Assembly (NCBI RefSeq): GCF_017646085.1
Contig: NZ_JAGCNF010000048.1
Span: 1-49,270, forward strand
Length of the DNA: 49,270 nucleotides
From: Campylobacter sp.
GTDB taxonomy: Bacteria > Campylobacterota > Campylobacteria > Campylobacterales > Campylobacteraceae
Direction of reading: 5' to 3'
Shown here: positions 31,055-49,270 of the stretch, piece by piece
How positions within the stretch are numbered: position 1 is the first letter of the stretch
Layout of the letters: each line of letters starts with the position of its first letter
Made by a program: the position numbers and the translations under genes
Notes under the pieces: generated by a model
Databases searched by the model: none
What the model saw: only the letters and a program-made list of their open reading frames with translations
What the model was told of the DNA's origin: nothing

Positions 31055-33130
31055 TTAGCCATTTCTCTTTTTGATAATTTCATCAGATACATTTTTAGGA
31101 ACTTCTTCGTAGTGATCAAATTCCATTGAGTATGATGCACGACCTTGAGTTTGACTTCTTAAATCTGTAGAGTAGCCAAACATCTCAGCAAGTGGACAGA
31201 ACGCAGTAACGATTTTATTACCACCTCTTTCATCCATTGAGCTAATTTGACCACGGCGTCTATTTAAGTCACCAATTACATCGCCCATATACTCTTCTGG
31301 AGTCTCTACTTCAACCTTCATCATAGGCTCTAGAATTACAGCACCAGCTTTTTTCGCACCCTCTTTAAAGCCCATAGAGGCAGCAAGTTTAAACGCCATT
31401 TCAGATGAGTCAACTTCATGGTAGCTACCATCAAATAGTGTAACTTTAACATCTTCTACTGGATAACCAGCTAAAACACCGCTTTGTAGCGCCTCATTAC
31501 AACCTTTTTCAACAGCTGGAATATACTCTTTTGGTACAACCCCACCTTTAATATCATTAACAAATTCAAATCCGCTACCTGGTTCAAGCGGCTCAAGGCG
31601 TAGGTAAACATGACCATACTGACCACGACCACCTGATTGTTTAGCATATTTATACTCTTGCTCAACAGTTTTCTTAATAGTTTCGCGATAAGCAACTTGA
31701 GGTTGACCAACTTCAGCTTCAACCTTAAATTCTCTTAACATCCTATCAACAATAATTTCAAGGTGTAATTCACCCATACCAGCGATAATTGTTTGGCCAC
31801 TTTCTTCATCAGTGCTAACTCTAAAGCTTGGATCTTCTTGAGCTAATTTACCAAGAGCAATACCCATTTTTTCTTGATCAGCTTTTGTTTTTGGCTCTAC
31901 TGCAACGCTAATAACTGGCTCTGGGAAGTCCATTCTCTCAAGGATAACTTTATCTTTTTCGCTCGCTAATGTATCGCCTGTTAAAGTATCTTTAAGACCA
32001 ACTACAGCACCAATTTCACCAGCGTAAAGGACTTTAATCTCTTCACGTTTATTTGAATGCATTTTTAATAGACGACCAATTCTTTCTTTTTTATCTTTTG
32101 TTGAGTTGTAAGCATAGCTACCGCTCTCTAATTGACCACGATAAACTCTTACGAATGTAAGTTGTCCAACAAATGGGTCGGTCATAATTTTAAATGCTAG
32201 ACCAGCAAATTCGCCATTATCTGTACTATCTACAACTACTTCACTACCATCTTCAAGCTCACCTCTAATAGCTTCAACTTCATCTGGTGCTAGCAAGTAA
32301 TCTACAACCGCATCTAGAAGCGGCTGAACACCTTTATTTTTAAATGAAGTACCACAAACCATAGGGATAATGCTCATAGATAGACAACCAGCTTTAATAC
32401 CTTTTTTAATTTCTTCAGTAGTTAATTCCTCGCCACCAAAGAATTTTTCCATTAGAGCATCATCTGTCTCAGCTACAGCTTCAATCATTTTATTACGATA
32501 TTCTTCAGCTTTTTCTACAAGCTCAGCTGGAATATCTTTAACTACAAAATCAGTTGGTTTTGTATCATCTTCCCAAACAAGTGCTTTCATAGAAATTAGA
32601 TCTACAACACCTTTAAATTCATCTTCAGCACCAATTGGAATTTGAATTGGAACTGGATTAGCTTTTAGGCGAGTTTTGATTTGATCTTCAACATTATAGA
32701 AATTAGCACCAATTCTATCCATTTTATTTACATAAACCATTCTTGGAACACGGTATTTATTAGCTTGTCTCCATACTGTTTCACTTTGAGGTTGAACCCC
32801 GCCAACAGCACAAAATACAGCTACAGCACCATCAAGAACACGCATAGAACGCTCAACTTCAATAGTAAAATCAACGTGTCCTGGAGTGTCTATAAGATTG
32901 ATTTGGTGATTTTTCCAAAAACAAGTAGTAGCAGCAGAAGTAATAGTAATACCACGCTCTTTTTCTTGCTCCATCCAGTCCATAGTAGCAGCACCATCAT
33001 GAACCTCACCAAGTTTATGACTCATACCTGTAAAAAATAGAATTCTCTCACTCGTAGTGGTTTTACCAGCATCGATATGTGCAGCGATACCGATATTTCT
33101 AACCATATTTAATGGAGTTTTTCTTGACAT
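31055..33130 (-). CDS. fusA: Elongation factor G
   Basis: [23 protein letters not shown]; 691 aa. Confidence 0.99.
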   Translation of the reverse strand: MSRKTPLNMVRNIGIAAHIDAGKTTTSERILFFTGMSHKLGEVHDGAATMDWMEQEKERGITITSAATTCFWKNHQINLIDTPGHVDFTIEVERSMRVLDGAVAVFCAVGGVQPQSETVWRQANKYRVPRMVYVNKMDRIGANFYNVEDQIKTRLKANPVPIQIPIGAEDEFKGVVDLISMKALVWEDDTKPTDFVVKDIPAELVEKAEEYRNKMIEAVAETDDALMEKFFGGEELTTEEIKKGIKAGCLSMSIIPMVCGTSFKNKGVQPLLDAVVDYLLAPDEVEAIRGELEDGSEVVVDSTDNGEFAGLAFKIMTDPFVGQLTFVRVYRGQLESGSYAYNSTKDKKERIGRLLKMHSNKREEIKVLYAGEIGAVVGLKDTLTGDTLASEKDKVILERMDFPEPVISVAVEPKTKADQEKMGIALGKLAQEDPSFRVSTDEESGQTIIAGMGELHLEIIVDRMLREFKVEAEVGQPQVAYRETIKKTVEQEYKYAKQSGGRGQYGHVYLRLEPLEPGSGFEFVNDIKGGVVPKEYIPAVEKGCNEALQSGVLAGYPVEDVKVTLFDGSYHEVDSSEMAFKLAASMGFKEGAKKAGAVILEPMMKVEVETPEEYMGDVIGDLNRRRGQISSMDERGGNKIVTAFCPLAEMFGYSTDLRSQTQGRASYSMEFDHYEEVPKNVSDEIIKKRNG

Positions 33131-33142
33131 ACTTACTCCTTA

Positions 33143-33622
<480 letters not shown>

Positions 33623-33680
33623 TCAAATTTAAATTTTACTCAAACTATAACCATATCTAAGGGTTAGTCTGCGACAATGA

Positions 33681-34064
33681 TTACTTTTTAGCGTCTTTTG
33701 GACGTTTAGCACCATATTTAGATCTAGATACTGTACGTTTAGCAACACCTGCTGTATCAAGAGCACCACGAACAATATGATATTTAACACCTGGTAAGTC
33801 TTTTACCCTACCACCACGCACTAGTACAATACTGTGCTCTTGTAGGTTGTGGCCTTCACCGCCGATATAGCTGATTACTTCAAAACCGCTTGTTAGCCTT
33901 ACTTTGGCAACTTTTCTCAAAGCTGAGTTTGGTTTTTTAGGAGTTGTAGTATAAACTCTTGTACAAACACCTCTTCTTTGAGGACACTCTTTTAACGCTG
34001 GTGATTTAGATTTTACGATCACTTTTTTGCGTTCTTTTCTGACCAATTGATTAATGGTTGGCAC
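33681..34064 (-). CDS. rpsL: 30S ribosomal protein S12
   Basis: [10 protein letters not shown] (GTG start at 34064), [19 protein letters not shown]; K43 and K88 wild type. Confidence 0.99.
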   Translation of the reverse strand: MPTINQLVRKERKKVIVKSKSPALKECPQRRGVCTRVYTTTPKKPNSALRKVAKVRLTSGFEVISYIGGEGHNLQEHSIVLVRGGRVKDLPGVKYHIVRGALDTAGVAKRTVSRSKYGAKRPKDAKK

Positions 34065-34176
34065 AATCTTTCCTTTCAACTAAATTTATTAAAAAATGCC
34101 TATTTTACTCAAATTTTACTTAATTTAAGATGAAATAAAAAGTAATCTAGGCTAAAATATTAAAATAAATCTATGC

Positions 34177-34211
34177 TTTAGCAATTCAAAAATTTATTCA
34201 AAATTGCTAAA
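34177..34211 (-). terminator. Inverted repeat downstream of the GmrSD-like gene
   Basis: TTTAGCAATT / AATTGCTAAA 10-bp inverted repeat, AT-rich. Confidence 0.4.
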
Positions 34212-34217
34212 TAATAT

Positions 34218-35941
34218 CTATTTGTTTATAAAATTTTTTAAAGCTTGTTCTATTGCTTTATTTCTAGCTTCTATATCAGTTTTTAACCAAATTTTATCCT
34301 CTCTATTGCCAAGACCCCTTACCTCTTGCGAGTTTTGACTCTCTTTATATTTTTCTTGTTTTAAAGAAAAAAAGTTATTAGCGCATTTAATATTTGTTAG
34401 TTTGTTAAGCAAAATTTTATTACCTATTTGTTCCAAATATTGCGAATGACTTGTCTCGTTCCACTCATCAAAATTCGTATTTTGCCAAGTTTTAGGTAAA
34501 ATATGCTCTACTTCTAATTTATAGCTTTGTATATCACTAGAAAAATCATCATAAAGATGAGCATATAAATATAAAAGATATTTTACTTTTCTAGCGTCTG
34601 GCTTGATATTCTTATCACTACTAGAAAAATTATTTAAAAATCTCTCTGGCAAGAATTTGCTATAAGAAAAATTTATATTTTGATTTAGCTCTGCATTCAT
34701 TTTAAAAACTAAATCTTTAATTTCATTTGTATTTGTTTTATTATTTAGAATTTTAACAGTCATTGCTTTTAGCAGTTCAAGAAGATAAATTTCGAATTCT
34801 TTATTAAAATTCTCATTAAATTCATCTTTTATAAAATTATTCTTGTTTCTCCAAACCAAAAAAGCCACAAAAAATCTCCACATATCATTTTGATATAAAC
34901 AAAGAATTTTAAAATATCTGTAAGCTTTTTGGCTTAAATATGCTTCAGGTGCTCCCCAAAAATAAACTAGAATTTCTATAAAATTCATAAGTTCTTTTAT
35001 TTTTTCTTGTTCTACAAGATATTTATCTTCTGCTCCAAAATTAAACTTTTTATTTTTGTTGGTAAAGAAGTCTAAAACACTTGGAGTAGTGGTGTCTGTA
35101 TAATTATGTAAAGCTCTTATTGCATGCATTGCCTGAATAAAAAGCACACTCATATCTTCTTTTGGGCTGTATTCTTCAAATTTTGAGCTAATTTCTTGCC
35201 ATTTTTTAGCAAATTCTTCTTTATTTTCTATATTTTTATAAATATAACCTTTTATGATATCAGCATTTGAAAGTGGCATACCACGAGAATTTAGAGTATT
35301 AAAAATAGTCATTGCTGATTCTTGACTATCGCAGGTCACGCACAATACAAAAAATGTATCAGATAAAATAGTATCACATAAATTTGAAAACTCAGAGGCG
35401 TTTTTTAGTTTAAAATCATTTATAGCATCATGAAAAAAGATAAAATTTTTAGCATAATTAGAGTTGAAGCTTTTTAATTTTTCAATATCAATATCTTCTA
35501 TTAAAATATATTCTAATACTTTTTTATCTTTGTCAGTAATAACCTGCGAACTTAAATAGGGCTCATTAAAAACAAAGCCTTCATTTCTAATCTTTTTCCA
35601 AATAAACTTACCAAAATCATCTTGAAATTCATCTTTTTTACCTTCACTTTTTAGGCTCTCAAAAAACGCTCTAAAAAGCAAGGTTAAAGTTGTAATTCTT
35701 TGCTGTCCATCTATGATCTCTAAATCACCATGATCATTTTCAAAACTTACAATTGAGCCCAAAAAATATTCAAATTTCTTATTTTTTTCTTTTCATAGAA
35801 CGCATTTATAATATCGTCCCAAAGCGTTTGACACTCATCAATTTTCCATCTATAAGGCCTTTGATACTCTGGTATAAGAAATTTTTGACTCTCTTTATCT
35901 TTTATATTTAATATAAATCTCTGTTTTGGTTCAAATCGCAT
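34218..35941 (-). pseudogene. GmrSD-type (DUF262 + DUF1524 HNH-like) type IV restriction endonuclease, frameshifted into 64-aa and 514-aa pieces
   Basis: Piece 1 (RBS AAGGAG): IPEYQRPYRW...LWDDI. Piece 2 frame: EYFLGSIV, IIDGQQRITT, IFNTLNSRGMPL, then EVEHILPK...IGNKILL...N. One extra base near 35782-35793 joins them into 574 aa. Confidence 0.88.
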
Positions 35942-36045
35942 TTTATCTCCTTTTTAGGTATTTATATTTTAATAAGATTTTATAATTCAACAAATACTTT
36001 ATTTAAAAATTAGATCAAATTGTATATTAGAATTTTAGCTGCAGG

Positions 36046-36087
36046 TTTAAGTAAAATTTAGATCAAAAGACCCAAATTTTACTTAAA
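36046..36087 (-). terminator. Hairpin downstream of rpoC
   Basis: 14-bp inverted repeat TTTAAGTAAAATTT / AAATTTTACTTAAA just past the rpoC stop. Confidence 0.6.
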
Positions 36088-36101
36088 TTATCAGTAGTGA
36101 A

Positions 36102-44778
<8,677 letters not shown>

Positions 44779-44816
44779 TTAATTGAAAGAACGTCGTAAA
44801 AACGACAATGGAGTTG

Positions 44817-44837
44817 GAAGCGAGAAAGTCTCGCTTC
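44817..44837 (-). promoter_or_regulatory. rplL-rpoB intergenic hairpin (attenuator-like)
   Basis: GAAGCGAGA-AAG-TCTCGCTTC perfect 9-bp stem. Confidence 0.55.
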
Positions 44838-44851
44838 TACAAAATTGTAAA

Positions 44852-45226
44852 TTATTTAAGTTCGACTTTAGCGCCAGCTTCTTCAAGTTGTTTTTTAGCT
44901 GCTTCAGCTTCTTCTTTACTCGCACCTTCTTTAAGAACTGATGGAGTACCTTCAACAGCATCTTTTGCTTCTTTAAGACCAAGACCTGTTAGCGCACGAA
45001 CAACTTTAATTACTTCGATTTTTTTAGCACCGCTATCAACTAGAACGATGTTGAAATCTGTTTTTTCTTCAGCAGCATCAGCAGCTCCGCCAGCTACAGC
45101 ACCAGCTACCATTACTGGAGCAGCACTTACACCAAATTTTTCTTCAAATTCTTTTACTAATTCACTTAGTTCAAGAACTGATAAATTTGAAATAAACTCT
45201 AATACATCTTCTTTAGTTATTGCCAT
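44852..45226 (-). CDS. rplL: 50S ribosomal protein L7/L12
   Basis: [30 protein letters not shown]. Confidence 0.99.
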   Translation of the reverse strand: MAITKEDVLEFISNLSVLELSELVKEFEEKFGVSAAPVMVAGAVAGGAADAAEEKTDFNIVLVDSGAKKIEVIKVVRALTGLGLKEAKDAVEGTPSVLKEGASKEEAEAAKKQLEEAGAKVELK

Positions 45227-45255
45227 TTTAATTCTCCTAAATTTTATTTTTTAAA

Positions 45256-45741
45256 TTAAGCAGATTGCTCTTTTTTCTCTTTAAGCGCATTTAAACCAAT
45301 AGTGAAATTTTGAATTGGCGCATTCCAAACTTGTAGTAGCATAGCAATAAGTTCGTCGCGAGACGGCATTTTTGACAATGCAACAACTTTAGATACAGGA
45401 GCAACTTCACCATCAATATAAGCTGTCTTGATTTTAAATAGATCTTTATTAGCTTCTTCAAATTTAGCTACAACTTTAGTAACTGCTAGTTGGTCTTCAC
45501 CCCATACAAAGATATTTGTATCTTTAAGTTCCATGCCATCTTTAGCGCAATTAGATAAAGCGATCTTTGCTAATGTGTTTTTAATAACTTGAACTTTTAC
45601 ATTTTGCTCTTTAGCAGCAATTCTTAACGCTTCAAGTTTTTTAACACTTAAACCTCTATAGTCACATACTACTATAGCTTCGCTAGCTTTAAATTCAGCC
45701 TCAAGGTTTGAAATAATTTCAGCTTTTTCGTTTCTAGTCAC
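45256..45741 (-). CDS. rplJ: 50S ribosomal protein L10
   Basis: [22 protein letters not shown]; GTG at 45741 fits RBS spacing better than ATG at 45747. Confidence 0.98.
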   Translation of the reverse strand: MTRNEKAEIISNLEAEFKASEAIVVCDYRGLSVKKLEALRIAAKEQNVKVQVIKNTLAKIALSNCAKDGMELKDTNIFVWGEDQLAVTKVVAKFEEANKDLFKIKTAYIDGEVAPVSKVVALSKMPSRDELIAMLLQVWNAPIQNFTIGLNALKEKKEQSA

Positions 45742-45754
45742 TTTCATTCTCCTT

Positions 45755-45835
45755 TCCGACCGGTGATTTCAAGCAGAGAGAGCGAAAATACGCTCAATTA
45801 AGCTTACGCCTCGGCTATCTCCAATCTAAGATAAA
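45755..45835 (-). promoter_or_regulatory. L10 leader (ribosomal protein autoregulatory RNA)
   Basis: GC-rich structured rplA-rplJ spacer GGAGATAGCCGAGG...TTAA..GAGCG-loop-CGCTC..CTGCTTGAAATC, matching the L10-leader layout. Confidence 0.65.
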
Positions 45836-45843
45836 AATATTAA

Positions 45844-46548
45844 TTATTTAAGATCCATAAGCTCTTGAGTTTCAAGAGATATAGATGGACTCATTGTTAA
45901 AGATAGTGCTGCAGATTTAATATATCTACCTTTTGCAGCTGCAGGCTTATGTTTATTGATCATTTTAACAAAAGCAGAAATATTGTCATTTAGCTGCTCT
46001 TTTGTAAAGCTAACTTTACCTAAACCAGCATGAATATTTCCCTGTTTGTCAACACGGAAATTTACTTGACCACTCTTTGCATTTTTAACTGCTTGAGCAA
46101 CATCCATAGTAACAGTACCAGTTTTAGGGTTTGGCATTAAGCCCTTTGGTCCTAATAAGCGACCAATTTTACCAACTAATCCCATTAAATTTGGAGTAGC
46201 GATAAGTACATCAAAGTTGATAACACCTTTAGCAATTTCATCAACAAAATCTTCAGCACCTACGATATCAGCACCAGCAGCCTTAGCTTCGTCAGCTTTA
46301 GCATCTTTAGCAATTACTGCTACTCTTACAGTTTTACCGGTACCTGCAGGTAGAACTACTGAACCACGAACCATCTGATCAGCATGTCTAGGATCAACAT
46401 TTAATTTAAGTGCTATTTCAACTGTTTCATCAAATTTAGCTGAAGCAAGTGTTTTAACTGTCGATATAGCTTCATCTAAATTATAAATTTTATTTGAATC
46501 TACTTTCTTAAGTAGTTCTGCAAATCTCTTTGTATTCTTTTTTGACAT
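45844..46548 (-). CDS. rplA: 50S ribosomal protein L1
   Basis: [23 protein letters not shown]. Confidence 0.99.
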   Translation of the reverse strand: MSKKNTKRFAELLKKVDSNKIYNLDEAISTVKTLASAKFDETVEIALKLNVDPRHADQMVRGSVVLPAGTGKTVRVAVIAKDAKADEAKAAGADIVGAEDFVDEIAKGVINFDVLIATPNLMGLVGKIGRLLGPKGLMPNPKTGTVTMDVAQAVKNAKSGQVNFRVDKQGNIHAGLGKVSFTKEQLNDNISAFVKMINKHKPAAAKGRYIKSAALSLTMSPSISLETQELMDLK

Positions 46549-46604
46549 TAATTTCTCCGCATTTTTAAAGTGCTACCACTAATTTTAAATCCTAGTGGTT
46601 AGGA

Positions 46605-47030
46605 TTAATCTACTACAGTTATACCCATAGAACGAGCTGAACCAGCTATAATTTTAGCAGCTTGCTCTCTATCTTTTGTATTCATATCAACTATTTTTTT
46701 ATCAACAATCTCAAGAATTTGAGCTTTTGTTAACTTGCCAACTTTATTTTTAAGCGGATTATCCGCACCTTTAGTGATGCCAGCAGCTTTTTTGATTAGA
46801 TCAGTTGCTGGTGGTTGTTTTGTGATAAATGTAAAGCTTTTATCTGCATAAACAGTGATAACAACTGGAATATTATAACCAGCCATATCTTTTGTTCTTT
46901 CGTTAAATGCTTTACAAAATTCCATAATATTAACACCTTTTTGACCTAGAGCAGGACCAACCGGTGGACTTGGATTTGCTTTTGTAGCTGCAATTTGCAA
47001 TTTAATTTCACCTACAACTTTTTTAGCCAT
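46605..47030 (-). CDS. rplK: 50S ribosomal protein L11
   Basis: [26 protein letters not shown]. Confidence 0.99.
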   Translation of the reverse strand: MAKKVVGEIKLQIAATKANPSPPVGPALGQKGVNIMEFCKAFNERTKDMAGYNIPVVITVYADKSFTFITKQPPATDLIKKAAGITKGADNPLKNKVGKLTKAQILEIVDKKIVDMNTKDREQAAKIIAGSARSMGITVVD

Positions 47031-47041
47031 AAACTATCTCC

Positions 47042-47572
47042 TTAGACTATCTTTTCAACTTGTGAATACATAATTTCAACAGGTGTACTTCTACCAAATA
47101 TTGATACATTTAAGCGAAGTTTACCATGAACCATATCATACTCTTCTACTGTCGCATTAAAGTTTGCAAATGGGCCTTCTGTAACACGAACAATTTCGCC
47201 AGTTTCAAATGAAATTTTTGGTTTAGGCGCTGCTCTTTTACTAACCTTTTCTAAAATAAGATTTATATCTTTATCGCTTAAAGGTGTTGGTTTCTTTGCT
47301 TCACCAATAAATCTGCCAACCTTAGGAAGAGACTGAATTTTGTGCCAAAGCGCAGTATCAAGATCCAAATAAGCGAAAGCATAACCTGGATACAGGCTTC
47401 TTTCATTAATCTTTTGCTTTCCATTTTTAATCTCAATTACATCTTCAGTAGGAACGATAACTTCTAAAAGTTTCTCTTCAATACCATGATCTTTTACTAG
47501 ATTTTCAATGGCTCTTTTGACACTCATCTCACTACCTGCATAAGTTTGAATAGCATACCATTTATGTGCCAT
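47042..47572 (-). CDS. nusG: Transcription termination/antitermination factor NusG
   Basis: WYAIQTYAGSE, YPGY, KOW GPFANF, IFGRSTPVE. Confidence 0.99.
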   Translation of the reverse strand: MAHKWYAIQTYAGSEMSVKRAIENLVKDHGIEEKLLEVIVPTEDVIEIKNGKQKINERSLYPGYAFAYLDLDTALWHKIQSLPKVGRFIGEAKKPTPLSDKDINLILEKVSKRAAPKPKISFETGEIVRVTEGPFANFNATVEEYDMVHGKLRLNVSIFGRSTPVEIMYSQVEKIV

Positions 47573-47581
47573 AATATGTCC

Positions 47582-47761
47582 TTATACAAGCTTAGAAACA
47601 GAAAATGACATAATTAAATCAACCAAAGCCAAAAATAAAGAAACTATAGTTACAACAGCAAAAACTGTTATAAAAGCATTTCTAATCTGCTCTTTGGTAG
47701 GAAATATAACCTTGCCAACTTCTGCACGTGATAATTTTAAATAACTTATAAACTTTTCCAT
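47582..47761 (-). CDS. secE: Preprotein translocase subunit SecE
   Basis: EVGKVIFPTKEQ plus a single TM; start at ATG 47761 (the longer ORF would overlap the tRNA). Confidence 0.96.
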   Translation of the reverse strand: MEKFISYLKLSRAEVGKVIFPTKEQIRNAFITVFAVVTIVSLFLALVDLIMSFSVSKLV

Positions 47762-47774
47762 ATCTAACCTTTTG

Positions 47775-47850
47775 TGGCAGGGCAAGAGGGATTCGAACCC
47801 CCAACCATCGGATTTGGAATCCGGCGCTCTACCGTTGGAGCTATTGCCCT
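47775..47850 (-). tRNA. tRNA-Trp (anticodon CCA)
   Basis: AGGGCAA/TTGCCCT acceptor, CGGA-TTCCAAA-TCCG anticodon arm, GGTTCGAATCC, CCA end; 76 nt; canonical position before secE. Confidence 0.97.
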
Positions 47851-47875
47851 ATATAAATACAGCCAAGAAGTTAGC

Positions 47876-48043
47876 TTATTTTAGCTTAACTTCTTTATGA
47901 ACTGTATGTTTTTTTAATCTTGGACAATATTTTTTAAGCTCTAACTTTTCAGTTTTTGTTTTACTATTTTTGGTTGTTGTGTAATTAATATCATTGCACT
48001 CTGAACACTTTAAACCAATTTTAACTCTATTTGCACTTGCCAT
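47876..48043 (-). CDS. rpmG: 50S ribosomal protein L33 (absent from the supplied ORF track)
   Basis: Hand translation: [55 protein letters not shown] (55 aa). Confidence 0.97.
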   Translation of the reverse strand: MASANRVKIGLKCSECNDINYTTTKNSKTKTEKLELKKYCPRLKKHTVHKEVKLK

Positions 48044-48059
48044 ATTTTTTCCTTACAAA

Positions 48060-48082
48060 GGGCGCAAATCAAATTCGCGCCC
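48060..48082 (-). terminator. Hairpin after tuf
   Basis: Minus strand GGGCGCGAAT-TTG-ATTTGCGCCC then TTTGT. Confidence 0.65.
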
Positions 48083-48092
48083 ATAAGTTAAA

Positions 48093-49270
48093 TTACTTAA
48101 TAATTTTAGATACAACGCCAGAACCAACAGTTCTACCACCCTCACGGATAGCAAATCTTGTACCTTCTTCTAGCGCAACTGGAGCAATAAGCTCAACAGT
48201 TATTTTTAGGTTATCACCAGGCATAACCATCTCTGTACCTTCTGGTAGAGTGATTGAACCAGTAACATCTGTTGTTCTTACATAAAATTGTGGTCTATAG
48301 TTGTTAAAGAATGGAGTATGACGACCACCCTCTTCTTTAGTTAAGATATACACTTCACCTTCAAATTGTGTATGTGGAGTGATAGATTTTGGCTTACATA
48401 GAACCATACCTCTTTCAACATCCTCTTTTTTAGTACCACGTAATAAAACACCTACGTTGTCGCCAGCTTCACCTTGGTCCATCTCTTTTCTAAACATTTC
48501 AACACCAGTAACTGTTGTTGTTTGAGTGTCACGGATACCAACGATTTCAATAGTATCGCCAACTTTTACAAGACCTTTTTCAATTCTACCTGTAACAACT
48601 GTACCACGACCAGAAATTGAGAATACATCTTCAATTGGCATTAAGAAATCTTTATCAGTTGCACGAGCTGGAGTTGGAATATAGCTATCAACTGCATCCA
48701 TAAGAGCCATAATTTTAGCTGACCACTCACCATCTGTACCAGCTTTAGCTTCTTCAAGCGCTTGAAGAGCAGAACCGCTAACGATTGGAGTATCATCACC
48801 TGGGAAATCATATTCACTTAGAAGTTCACGAATTTCCATTTCAACTAACTCTAAAAGTTCAGCATCATCAACCATATCAGCTTTGTTCATGAAAACAACG
48901 ATATATGGAACACCAACTTGGCGAGATAATAGAATATGTTCACGAGTTTGTGGCATTGGGCCATCAGCTGCAGACACAACTAGGATAGCGCCGTCCATTT
49001 GAGCAGCACCAGTAATCATATTTTTAACATAGTCGGCGTGACCTGGACAGTCAACGTGTGCATAGTGGCGTGTTTCTGTTTCATATTCAACGTGTGCTGT
49101 ATTAATTGTAATACCACGCTGTCTTTCTTCTGGCGCATTGTCAATTTCGCCAACACCCTTCTGTGCGTCTGCACCAACACCATAGAAGTGTACAATAGCC
49201 GCTGTCAATGTTGTTTTACCATGGTCAACGTGACCAATTGTACCAATATTGACGTGTGGTTTGCTTCTTA
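48093..49270 (-). CDS. tuf: Elongation factor Tu, 5' truncated by the window edge; N-terminal segment atypical
   Basis: Frame is open to the edge: [40 protein letters not shown]. Confidence 0.97.
   Translation of the reverse strand, partial: RSKPHVNIGTIGHVDHGKTTLTAAIVHFYGVGADAQKGVGEIDNAPEERQRGITINTAHVEYETETRHYAHVDCPGHADYVKNMITGAAQMDGAILVVSAADGPMPQTREHILLSRQVGVPYIVVFMNKADMVDDAELLELVEMEIRELLSEYDFPGDDTPIVSGSALQALEEAKAGTDGEWSAKIMALMDAVDSYIPTPARATDKDFLMPIEDVFSISGRGTVVTGRIEKGLVKVGDTIEIVGIRDTQTTTVTGVEMFRKEMDQGEAGDNVGVLLRGTKKEDVERGMVLCKPKSITPHTQFEGEVYILTKEEGGRHTPFFNNYRPQFYVRTTDVTGSITLPEGTEMVMPGDNLKITVELIAPVALEEGTRFAIREGGRTVGSGVVSKIIK

Noticed and set aside
33681-34064. Streptomycin-resistance substitutions in RpsL
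   Set aside because: The K43 (PKKPNS) and K88 (RVKDLP) positions are wild type.
34218-35762. Treating the 514-aa ORF and the 64-aa ORF as two genuine genes (split GmrS/GmrD)
   Set aside because: The break is inside DUF262, not at the domain boundary, and the TTG 'start' lies within the YFLGS motif with no RBS.
35782-35793. Programmed -1 ribosomal frameshift in the GmrSD-like gene
   Set aside because: The in-frame heptamer is G_AAA_AAA, not a canonical X_XXY_YYZ, and I see no clear downstream stimulator. An indel is the simpler explanation.
44779-45254. 148-aa antisense ORF over rplL and a 67-aa alternative-frame ORF
   Set aside because: Codon-bias shadows of rplL.

Overview
This 49 kb window is AT-rich core chromosome of a Campylobacter. 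The genus call rests on separate rpoB/rpoC, Campylobacter-type gene order and a poly-G tract; a C. fetus/hyointestinalis/lanienae-like group is a guess. Most of it is housekeeping: groES-groEL, recG, pyk, mqo, ansB-like asparaginase, rmuC, alaS-maf-pbpA, ffh-rpsP-khpA-rimM-trmD-rplS, msrAB, feoAB and tRNA-Arg(CCT). The right half holds the tuf-rpmG-tRNA-Trp-secE-nusG-rplKAJL-rpoBC and rpsL-rpsG-fusA clusters. Four spots stand out. (1) The left edge carries an SDR(FabG-like)/KAS III/ACP/GNAT module with a G9 tract, probably making an acyl group for a surface glycan. (2) An 854-aa periplasmic protein is built of about four ~175-aa beta-rich repeats and is a candidate AsmA/TamB-like lipid bridge. 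(3) A lone AT-rich GmrSD-type (DUF262+DUF1524) gene sits between rpoC and rpsL, broken by a one-base frameshift at an A-tract. (4) The 5' ~200 bp of tuf at the window edge does not look like Campylobacter, most likely an assembly chimera. No CRISPR array, IS, integrase or prophage is visible, and I cannot support a large novel multi-gene system here.
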